Notes under the pieces: generated by a model
Database searches by the model: none
Told to the model about the DNA's origin: nothing
What the model saw: only the letters and a program-made list of their open reading frames with translations
Part shown: positions 25,601 through 38,100 of the stretch, one piece after another
How the letters are laid out: every line of letters begins with the position of its first letter
How positions within the stretch are numbered: position 1 is the stretch's first letter
Position numbers and translations under genes: made by a program
DNA from: Octopus vulgaris
Lineage: Eukaryota
Length of the DNA stretch: 64,000 nucleotides
NCBI GenBank assembly: GCA_951406725.2
Contig: OX597816.1
Span: 27,156,001 to 27,220,000, forward strand
Direction: 5' to 3'

Positions 25601-28600
25601 TATGTTTATATACAGGGTGTCCCAAAATTAAGGCAACTGACTTTTGTCTTTGTTTGAAATCAATGGTCAGTCAGTAATTAACACACTACCAGTAATAATT
25701 AATTATCACCTTGTAAGGTAAGAAGGCATTTGTTCAGTTGTTCCATGCAGTGTGATTGAAAGATAGCCTAAGATGGGATCCAGGTAACAAAAATCTCTCC
25801 TAAAGATTTATAGTATCATTGTACTTGAGATACTACATTTAGCTAGGTCAATGAACCAACACACATTAGTGTAGAAGTTAGACAAACTATGATGATGATG
25901 ATATGATTTACTCAAAAAACTGAATCGTTCTTACTTTATATAACTAAAGAGAACTATTATTGTTATTTCAGCAAATGCTGGTTGATACCCCAGATTACCA
26001 ACAGCGTTGTCAGCATCTGGAAAAACTTCAAAATAAGTTGGAGACCCTACTAAGTCCTCAAGTTGTAGCTGCATTTAATGCACAGTCACTAGGTAAATGT
26101 TGGATTTAGTCTCTTATTAATCTCAATGGCCGTGGAGGCGCAATGGCCCAGTGGTTAGGGCAGGTGACTCGCGGTCATAGGATCGCGGTTTCGATTCCCA
26201 GACCGGGCGTTGTGAGTGTTTATTGAGCGAAAACACCTAAAGCTCCACAAGGCTCCGGCAGGGGATGGTGGTGATCCCTGCTGTACTCTTTCACTACAAC
26301 TTTCTCTCACTCTTACTTCCTGTTTCTGTTGTACCTTTATTTCAAAGGGCTGGCCTTGTCCCTCTCTGTGTCACGCTGAATATCCCCGAGAACTACGTTA
26401 AGGGTACACGTGTCTGTGGAGTGCTCAGCCACTTACACGTTAATTTCACGAGCAGGCTGTTCCGTTGATTCGGATCAACCGGAACCCTCATCGTCGTAAC
26501 CGACGGAGTGCTTCCAATCTCAATGGTCAGTCTTTTTCTCAATACAAGGGAACCGAGTTTTAAACAAACAAACAAAAAATGTAAACGTGTAATGATATTG
26601 AGAACAATGTGTGAAGAGAAGATTGCTAAATTGATTTAGAATTGTTGTTGTTGTTGTTGCTTAGCCCTGAGTCAACACTGACCAAAGATTATCCCTGTCT
26701 TTTTTTATATATGTATGTCTATATGTTTGTGTGTCTGTATAGAGACTCCCTCTTCGGCTCATGATATATATACATGTTGAATGTAAAGGTGTAGTGGTGA
26801 TAGAATTAGTAAGATAGTTCTCCTGAGTGAGTATTGGTATCGAGGTTTGACCTCAAGCCTGTAAGTTAATAAAGAACATGTTAATGTTCTTTATTGTTAG
26901 GGCATAGGAGTGGCTGTGTGGTAAGTAGCTTGCTTATGAACCACATGGTTCCGGGTTCAGTCCCACTGTGTGGCACCTTGGGCAAATGTCTTTTACTATA
27001 GCTTCGGGCCGAACAAAGCCTTGTGAGTGGATTTGGTAGACGGAAACTGAAAGAAGCCCGTCGTATATATGTATGCATATATATGTCTATATGTTTGTGT
27101 GTCTGTGTTTGTCCCCCCAACATCGCTTGACAACCGATGCTGGTGTGTTTACGTCCCCGTAACTTAGCGATAGAATAAGTACCAGGCTTACAAAGAATAA
27201 GTCCTGGAATCGATTTGCTTGACCAAAGGCGGTGCTCCAGCATGGCCACATGACTGAAACAAATAAAAAGTAAAAAAAAAAAGTAAAAGTAATGCAGTAT
27301 CCTGTTACTCCTTAGTTTCATTCTGTGTTCAGATGCAAGCAAAAGTTTTGTTTTTTTTGTCCATATGTAGGTTGATGAAATAGTTTCCAGTCATTTACTG
27401 AAATTGATTCAATTCATGACACAGATTCCCTACAATTTGTGACCTTCTGCTGAAGGGCCAAATCAGTTGTACGGTAACTAAGTAATTGCCTTGACCACAG
27501 ACACAATACAGTGCTAATGATATGTTATGAACTTGTGACCTTTGAACCAGTAACCCAACATACATCCAACAGACTTGAGTAAATTACTCAGTCAATAGTC
27601 TGATATACTATTTACTCTCTGTAATTTGCCATGCTATTTACTCAGTCAGTAATTTTCAACAGAAGTTGCTATTAGTTAATTTTGAAGTTTTCTTTGAACA
27701 GTCAGCTGTCAGTTTACCTGGATAGAAACAATGCAGTTGATAAGAATGATGGAAATTAATGCATGCAAAATTTCACACCTCTCGTACCAGTCCTTCATAG
27801 TCGGCCTATGAACTTTTCAACCTACTCTCATCTATTTGTCATTGTTTGATATATTTTTACCTATTTAACTTTCTCTCCTCCTTTAACCATATTTCTTTAC
27901 ATGATTGTATGAGGAATATTATCTATCTTCCTGTCTACACCTCCTTCGTTTTTCACCCTCTTGTACTACACTCCTTAGCAATCCTTTGCTCTGCTAAGTC
28001 AATTGCTTGTCTTCAGTTTTTTGTCCTCATTTCCTCAATCCCAGACTAACAGCTACAATGACAAAGTACTGTATTTTACAAACCTCGTGGCAATAAACTT
28101 TGTCACTCTTCCAATTCATTGATTTTTACTGAAACTAACCTTTGGACTTGCATCAACAAAGCGATATTTTGATACAAGGATATTTTATTTGGAATTTTTT
28201 TATAGAGAGCCTGTTAAAATGTAATGGTAACTCAGTGAACTGTTTGTTGAGAACTTGGTGGCTCACTATAGCATATCACTGTAGAATAATTTTCTTCTCC
28301 TTTTGCAGAAGCTACACAGACTTATGCAAAGATATTTGAGGACATCAATCGCTTGAGTCAGTTGTACAAATATTATCACAAGTGTCAGAAGGTAAGTCAG
28401 TTTTGGCATCAATTTAGGCATCAATTTAAACAACCCTCTCACTTATTCATGCACATGACAGTAATACATATCTTAAAATATCAACATTGATAAGAGCTAG
28501 GTTTTACATATAGGTATTAATGAAACTAGAAATATTGAATTTCTAAATGTCTCAACGAGACATGAGCGGTGGTGGAGCGATAGAGTGGTTGTATAAAGTC

Positions 28601-31600
28601 AACATAACGTTGACAGTCCTGTAGAGGGAATTTCACCACCGCTATTTAGCCCTAGGAAGCATCGACGCTTCCTGTCGGCTTTGACACATTTCTTGTGTCC
28701 TTATATTTGCAAAGGGGAGGCAAGCACCTCTCTGTAAATAGATATATTTGCAAAGGCTTGGCAAGTATCACCGCTAGCAGGGACTCGCTACCCTGGACTG
28801 ATGACGGGCAAGACCCAGAAACATGCATGTATTCAGGTTGCTAATCCTAACTGGTGGGGGTGCTTGCCTCCCCTTTGCGAATATAAGGACAAAGGAAATG
28901 TGTCAAAGCGAACAGGAAGCATCGATGCTTCATAGGGCTATATAGTGGTGGTGAAATTCCCTCTAGGGGACTGTCACGTTATGTTGACTTTATACAACCA
29001 CTCTATTAATAAAAAGTTATTTTAAATGTTATATGGGGTTATAGCAAGTAATTTGTTATGTAAGAGAATAAATGTACTTTTTTACAGAAATGAGTTACTA
29101 CTTTATTCATTCAACTAACCTTGAACCTTATATGAAGCTAACTAAATAAAGGTTTCTGTTCAGTTAATGTAATCCTAGCAGAGAAACAAAAGATGTATTA
29201 GCTGTGTGACTTGAAACAACTGTAATCAAGCTATTATGTCAAGGCTGAATGTGAAATGTATGGCTTGAAATTAACTGCCTTATCATGGCCATTAAGTTAG
29301 CTGCATAACTGAAGAAAATTGTCATATAATGGCTAATCATTGAGCTACATAACTTGTGTTTGCTGACGGTCATTAAATTTCCTTGATATAGTGTAACTGT
29401 TTAATTAGCTGGTCTATTGAGAGAAAGTCCAGTAGCCAGTAGCGATAATGACTGGTAAATTGAACTGTAATGGTTTGCATAGCAGTTGATAAAGGCCCAA
29501 ATGTGTGGTAAGATCTATTGGTCAAAGTCACCAATGCAGGAGCCTTTGTGGAAGGGCTCTGAAAAACAATGTACCTTTTCTTTTAAAATAGCATATACTT
29601 TTGGTATAGCCTATTATTTGGGTTAGTTCATTTCTTGATAATTTTCATTTACTGGGTTGCTCCAATAATAGCACTCCATGATGACAGTGCTTATCTGTTT
29701 ACGCCACTTCTGCCTATTTTTACAGCTAGCAGTAGCTAAATTACAACTCGGTCCACCCTGCTGCGCAGTGGGTGCTTGTCAGGTGACACTGCTCCACTTT
29801 TGGTTCCAGTCCCATTTATGCTGTTATTTGGCTCATTATTTGACATCCTTCTCTCTCTTTCGGAGAGGCACGGAGCACCTACACGCACACATACACACAC
29901 GGCAGTAACTTCCGCCTGCCGAATTCAATCACAAAGCTTCGGTCGGCTCGGGGCTATAGTAGAAGACACCTGCCCAAAGTGCCACGCAGTGGGACTGAAC
30001 CCGAAACCATGTAGCTAGGAAGCAAGCTCCCTAATCACACAGCCACGCCCGCGCCTGTGAGGGTTTTACTGTCCATGAGTATTATTTTCATAGCTTGATC
30101 ACTAAATGCACTGTCATAGTTTAATTCCACTAGACCCCAAGCTGATATTTCTTGTTCATGAGATTATTGTTATCATTATTATTATTAAGGGAAAGAGCAA
30201 TGTATGCCATCAAAGTGACACTGGGGTACAAATGTATGAAGTGCTGTATACCCATCATGACTACCTATCTAATAAGGATACACCAAGCACATGCATCACA
30301 GCCATATGTGCATGACATGGTGATCTTGTATCAAGATAAACAGTGCATGAGCTTTGTAGGTGGGGCCCAGTTAGAATCTTCTTCAAGTCGAGTAGCTCAT
30401 CCTGCTCAAAAGGTCCTTGGATGAAGGTTGTTTAAGGATGATGAACAAAACGCCCATGTTTCCCAGGGGTGAATTATTCAAACCCCCAAACATTCCTCTC
30501 AACACATGACTATGATGCTTCCCCATTACTCCTGCTCGTGATCAGAGATGCACATATAGTCAGCCGCTAAGGGTCATGCTCAACTGGTTAAGGTCAAACA
30601 ACTGATAAGCAAATCTGTAGTATTGAGCAAAATATTTGCTGTAGCCCGTCTTTTTATACCAAGATAAAATATGTACATGATAACACTTCCAATCAGTTAA
30701 GATCAGAAGCCATGAGAATCACTACCTTGTACTGCACAAATATTATCATTATATTATTATTATTATTGATATTGTTATTATTATTATTTTACAACTGACT
30801 GCATCTTTATATTCCTATCAACAGGTTCAACTGATTAATCACTGGAAGAATATTCTGGACACCAATTCTGATGACACATTCTTAGAATGGCTTACATCAT
30901 TTTACGATCATCTGTTGTCTACTTGGCATGGACAGGTGACTTAGAATTTTGTGTTATATAAATTACCTCATTCCCAAACTGGCCCCCTCCTGCATAACCA
31001 ATTTTACATGGATTTCTTTTTAAAGTGGCAAGGTTCACATTAGCTGAAGTTGTCTGAGATACACAATACCTAAAATGCAAACAACAGACTGGAGACATCT
31101 AGAATGTCTTTGATGAAAACTCTCTCCTCAACCAGTGTTTGATGAGGGTTAGACAACAACATTGGCATTCCTGCTTGACAGAGTTTCTACTGTTGGAAGA
31201 AACCAAGTTGAAACTTGGTACGACTACTGTGCCAGAATTGGGACCTTTTCCGTTCGAACGGCAGTGTCATATGAAATTGTCACCCATAATTATGACCCTA
31301 GAATTGATCTATTGCATTTCAATCTCTTTTAGGGTTAGAGGTGGGGGAAGGGTATATTTTTTTCTTCACAAATGTAAATAAACCCAATCTGTTTCTTAAA
31401 CGAGGGACATATTCATACGGCACAGAATGTTTTTTAACTCAACAGACGTCACTGATTGGTTGAAATTGCCGAAATTGAAGAAAAAAAACAACAAATATCT
31501 TACAAACTATAGAATTTTCTCAATAAAGGCAAGAGAAAAAGATGTTTTATAAACACATTCTACCAGTATACGAAGTTTAAAATTTTTTAGTTACCTAGAA

Positions 31601-34600
31601 ATTATGTTAAAAACTGCCATTCAAACCGAAAAGATCCCAGAATTGTTTGTCAGTTTTAGCTAGTCCTCAATAATAAAGTAAACTAGTCCTCAATAATAAA
31701 GTAATTATCCTGCTAATTGTAATTATATATGTGTATATATTCCGTTGGGTGTAATAATATTGGTGTAAATATCCTCTTGACTCTAATAATATAGGTGTAA
31801 ACAACTTGCTGACTGAAATAACACAGATTTGTGTGTGTGTATGTAAATGGTGGACATCAACTATTGATGTTTTCTAAAATTTTACATCGATATGGCTATC
31901 AAAGGAAGGTGAATATTTTACAGCATGTTTTGATAATGAGATTGTAAATGTGTGCTGTGCAAGAAACTAACAATTATTATAGTTTTTGCATTTATTTAAA
32001 GGGAAAATAAAACATGTTGCCTTAGGTATATTATTACTGAAAACAAAATAAAAGGCAAGACAATCATGACCACATCACTTTTCATCATAAGCCTACTGGA
32101 TCTAAATAATTTTACTTTTTGAAATGCTTTTTCGGTTTGAACGGTAGTTTTTAACATAATTTCTAGGTAACTAAAAAAATTTAAACTTCGTATACTGGTA
32201 GAATGTGTTTATAAAACATCTTTTTCTCTTGGCTTTATTGAGAAAATTCTATTGTTTGTAAGATATTTGTTGTATTTTTTTCTTCATTTTCTGCAATTTC
32301 AACCAATCAATGACATCTATTGAGGTAAAAAACATTCTGTGCCATATGAATATGTCCCTCGTTTAAGAAACAGATTGGGTTTATTTACATTTGTGAAGAA
32401 AAAAAAATATCCTTCCCCCACCCTAACTAACCCTAACCCTAAAACAGATTGAAATGCAATAGATCGATACTAAGGTCATAATTATGGGTGACAATTTCGT
32501 ATGGCACCGCTAGAAAAAACTGCCGTTCAAACCGAAATGATCAGCTTTTACTAATTGTTTTTGTTCTGTAGAGAAAGTAGCAGCAGCTATCCAAGTTTCA
32601 ATTTTGTATATGTCTTCAAATCATTTAGTTAATTATTTCTGTACATTGTTCTTCTTTTACATATTTTTTAAAGATTATGTTTTTATTTATTTTTTTTTAA
32701 AGATAAAATGGTGCAGTCAAGTATTTCGAGATCCTGTACCTATTCTCTGTGACCTTTTCACAGAAGTCATCAAGGACCTTGACCCAAGTTTGGATGATTG
32801 CCTTTCTGTATATATTGACGAGCAGGGTTCTAATGTCACCTTAATTAGTCTTATCAACTTGAAACAGGTTTGTTTTATTGCTTATATGACTTTGTTTCAA
32901 GAATATTTTTAGATATCTGTATTTAGAATATTGATTGTTTTACAGTGCTCCTTATTGCTGTTGTTGTTATTGGTGGTGGTGGCGGCAGTGACATCAGTGT
33001 TAGTATAGTGTAGTATTAGCTGCAGCACTGTAAACCATCTTTGCCTCTATTTTCTTTTCCTGATGTTAATTATGTAAACATCAAATCTATATATATAAAA
33101 CTCAACTTGTGTGTCTGTGTGTTTAACTTCCCGGCACATCTCCTAGCCAACAAATCGTAGAACCACCCAAAATGGGTCACTTAAAGTTTAGGCGAATGAA
33201 AAATGAACTGCGCTATTTCTGTTCCGAAATTCATCTCGCAAGTGCAAAAATCGATAATGTGTTTTTTAGGCCTTATCCCATGCATTAAATAGTGAACTTT
33301 ACTCAGTCAGCTGTTTGACGTGAACTGTGTTCACCACGCGTGCAAGCATGCGTAAATTGCATGAAAAATAAAAAAATCAAGATATAAAAACGAATCGCCA
33401 TAAACATTGTAGAAATTCGGCTAAGAAATGAATTTTCGGGATGTAGCCTGGAGGGTTTTTTCGTATTAATTGTTTGGACTTTGTGAACACATACCAATTG
33501 TTTCCATAACATTTTTAACACTTTGAATTAAATGCGACCATTTTGCGTTGAGTCTGCTGTTTGAATCACTTTAACCAAATTTTAGCAGGCCAGATTTTTG
33601 ATCATCACGATACTTCGCCAGCGACTACCTGACTCTCTCCCCTGAAATCCCCGTTGAGAAATCTATTATATATATAAAATTACTTTGAATGTGACTCCTG
33701 AGAAAGAGTAAAAGTAATTATCCGATGAACGACGGGTATTACTGCTAGTATTATATAAAAATGTCACACTGGCTTCAAGCACATGAACGTACAACAGAAT
33801 GATGATTTATGAGAGTGGTCAAATAGCTGCACTACCTGTGGTTCAATAGCTGGACAACTTGTTAAATATTTGGACCAATTGTGCCTAAATGAGCTACATT
33901 TGCTTAAATATTTGGACTACTTGTGGTTAACATTTGAGTCACTTTTTAGATATTTGGACTATCTGTGAAGAAATAGTTGGGCTACCTTGAGTTAAATCAG
34001 TGGTTAAATTGATAGGTTACCTGTTGTTGGATTACTTGTGGCTAAATAATCAATTAGTCTGCATGGATTTCAGTTGCCGCAGACCTGTATTGTCAATAGG
34101 CATTTCCACAGTGAAGGTCTCAAAGTAGCTAATTGTTTGTCATATCCTTCCCTGTGGACAGACTAGCAGATAGCAATTGTTTTCTCATTGAGATGAGGCA
34201 ATGTCACAAAGTCAAGATTGAGGAATCTTGTCTCTCTCTCCCCTTTGATAAAGATAAGGAATGTTGTGTTGTCATATGAGACATCAATAATGAGCCAGTG
34301 TATAAACAATAGCAAGACATACACCCAAGACTACCTGAAATACAATGCATTTTTAAATTATATGTTCTTTCACCTTGTAAGAAGCTTTCCATCAACCTCT
34401 CTCTCTCTCGCTCTCTCTCTCTCTCTATATATATATATATTTATATGTGGCATGCTGTGCTGGTGGCACATAAAAAGCACCAACCGATCGTGGCCGTTTC
34501 CACCCTCCCCTGGCACCTGTGCCAGTGGCATGTAAAAAGCATCCACTACACTCATGGAGTGGTTGGTGTTAGGAAGGGCATCCAGCTGTAGAAACACTGC

Positions 34601-35079
34601 CAGATCAGACTGGAGCCTGGTGCAGCCTCCTGGCTTTCCAGACCCCAGTCAAACCGTCCAACTCATGCTAGCATGGAAAAGGGACGTTAAACGATGATGA
34701 TGATATATATATAGGAGGGAATCTGTGGAAGAGGTAGACTCAGGAAGACATGAGGCAAGGTGGTGAAGTATGATCTTCAGAAGCTGGGTCTCATGAACAT
34801 ATTGACAAGTGATTCAGGCCTTTGCTGATTTGCTGTGCTTTAGAAGACTCATCAGACCAAGTGAAATCATAGTCGTGGACAGTATCAGTGACACGTAAAA
34901 GGCACCCATGCTGGTGACCCATAGAAGGCACCCACTACACTCTTGGAGTGGTTGGTATTAGGAAGTGCATCCAGCCATAGAAACCAAGCCAAAATCAGAT
35001 AGGAGCATGCCAGTTCCAGTCAAACTGTCTAACCCATGCTAGCATAGAAAACAGACACTAAATGATGATGATCATCATG

Positions 35080-35111
<32 letters not shown>

Positions 35112-38100
35112 TGTGTGCTATATTTAAAATTTTGTCATTTGTTGAAAGAGCTCTCTTATTCACCTTTTTTTAAAAATTATTTCATAAGGTTTCTGAAAGA
35201 TTTTCCAAAAGTATTGAGTCTGCTGTGGAATATTGTATGTCAGGTAAGCTTGAAATCATCTTTTTACTTACATGCATTGTCATCTGTTACCACTTTGTTT
35301 TCCTCTGAACACTCCTTTCTCCAAAACACCCTCCCATCTGTATTATATATTGAAGAGGTCAAGCAACAAAACAGACGTTCCTTCTCACTGACCTGAATAA
35401 AAACCCTCCATCTACTTTACTGTTACATGTTGGTTAGTCAGCTTCCACATGGGTATTAGACCTGCTTAAAATAGAAGCCAAACTTCTTAAAACTAAACCT
35501 TACAGTATTTTAAGACATGGATGGATGCATTAGTCTTGGTTTCATGCAATAGGAAAGTTTTGATAGAATTGAGTTGAGGTTACACAACTGCTATCACTAC
35601 TACAATACCAACTCTACTTCATTGTTGATATTTGATCTTCTTCCAGATAATCCAGAACATGCAGTAAGTCTCCTGGATCTACAGAAGAGTATATATGCTG
35701 TCTACCAGCCATATCTGAGCAAATATAAACATTTTGAAGAGGTTGCCCTTCAGTGTGAGCTTGATAACATCAGACTGGTGAGTTATTTATTATTTTGTTT
35801 CTGCAAGTTACACTTTAACTCTTTTATGACCATCAGTCAATCACTCAGAATCCATAACCTAGTCAGCTTTTAAATTGCAGTAATGTTAAGGTCGGCTATT
35901 CATGTTTAAACAACATTGCTTCTCATATCACATGCCACAACAGAAGCAAGCACATACCCGCAAAATTCCCATCCCACACCCTACCTGCAATTGTCCACTG
36001 AGAGGATCTTACCTCTTGAAAGCTATGGTCTAGAGAGCCACTCTCTCACTACCCAATGGTATTTATGAGATACTGCACAGGTATGACAGCCAACAACTTC
36101 AAGAGAAGATATTCTCAACATATGCACTCCTTCAGATGTAGGTACAGAGAAAGCTTTACTGCTTTATCTAGAGACTTCATGACCATGGCAACACATCACC
36201 TAATATCAAAGGGTGTATGCTCAACAGGGCTCCACCTTACTCGTCAGGGGGCTCAAAATTGCCAATTCTGCCTCCAGGAAAGGTTGCACATACATCAACA
36301 ATAGAAACCCTGAAATTTCATATTTGCTCCAGGAATCAGTCCGAAGAAGGTTTGCAAAGGTTTTTTTGAAATTTTCTCTTAACCAAATTCTTTTACTTTC
36401 TCTTATTAAGGATCATGAGGAAATTGTTGATTCTATTGGTTTACTTGGAGAATCTGTCAGCAAGCTGATGTCTTCTGCTAAAAAGGTTTGTATTATTAAG
36501 CCTTTTCATTTAAAACCAAAACATTTCTGTCAACTGTCAGACTGTCTATGACTAATTAACGACATTCTTCAATCTTAATTATCCATTCTCTTATGTAAAA
36601 TACCAAACTGGTTTGTCATTCTAAACATTGTTCTTCACAGCACACAATCACATACAAACCACAAACCATCACCATTATCATCATCTATTCCCACCCAATA
36701 AACAAGTCTTGGCCATATTTCTGCTATTAGGTCAGTTAATGTATGGTTATATATGGAGTGTATTTGCAATTTGCTAATATCTGTATTGCTAATGATTTGT
36801 ATGTGAATGGCAAATCTAGAATTTCTCTTTTATAACCTATTTTTGATGGTTTACTGAGAGGAGAAACCTCAATTCATTTTCAATGCTTCAAAAACTTGTA
36901 TGACAAGAGGTAGTTATTCTCAGTTCAGTGATCCAGCCTTGGTGCCTGCCATAGAGTGTTCTCCACTAAAGGCATCAAAGAACCAGACAGTGAAGCCAGG
37001 CAACAAGTTAGCCCACCACTTAAGACAGGAACACTCCTTTTGAAAAGCTTACACCCAGTTTCTGTTGACTAAATTTCACTCAAGTCTTTGGTTGATTTGA
37101 GGCTGTGGTAGAAGACACTTGCTCAAGGCTTCATGCAGTGGAATCAAACCCAGAACCTTGAAGTTGCTAAAAGATGCTCTTTATCAGACAGTCATACTTC
37201 TACTCATAACTGTTAATCTCTTTCATCCTGTTGGTAGATATTTGTGATGGGACCATGATACAGAGTTCCACATGACATCTGTTGTACTTAGCAACGGAGC
37301 CCTTGTACAGGAAAAGGTTAAGATGAAGAACCTCAGATCATACTGTGGACTGAGAGAAATTAGAATTTAATTTGTTGTGGGTGCTGGTTTTGGTTAATGT
37401 AACAATACCAACAGGTAGATATTTATATTTAGCTACGATCATCTTCATCATTATCAAGTCCATAAGCACCACTAGCATCACTGTCATCATCATTACCTTT
37501 AAGTCCACCACCATTACCATTTGGAATATTCTGCAACATCTCAGACCTTGTATATTAATGAAAGTAAATTTTACATTTTAGGCTAATGAGAGGTGTATCC
37601 AGTTTACTGATGGCTTTGGATATCTGTACTTATTGGAAGCCCTAAAGGTATGTCATTATATAGTATATACCAAGGTATACTGACAAACATTTACACACAT
37701 ACTCACTGACCCAAGACACACACACACACAAAGTGCAAGCATGGTTTTATAATTAAGAAGATTACTTTGCAACCATGAGGGTTTTGGGTTCCATCTCACT
37801 GAATGGCATGACCAATAACTTTGAGGCAAATTTATGAGATGTAAAGTGCTTGGAAACTCATTATTTGTGTGTGTGTGCATATCTTCACACTGGCACTATC
37901 TGAGCAAAACAGAAACATTGTTTATGCCCCTTATAAGCAGTGTCCCTTAATTTAAAAAGCAAGTACACGTTGGCAACAGGCAGGGCATCCCACCATAAAA
38001 TATTGCCTCAGTAAATGCCCAGCCTATACCAGCATGGTAAAAACAAACTATAAAACAATGAAAACATCATAAGATATATTTGAATATGCCTTTATATATT

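Noticed and set aside
33810-34050. Repeated AATATTTGGAC-like motif as regulatory cluster
   Set aside because: Best explained as an old degenerate ~22-bp minisatellite
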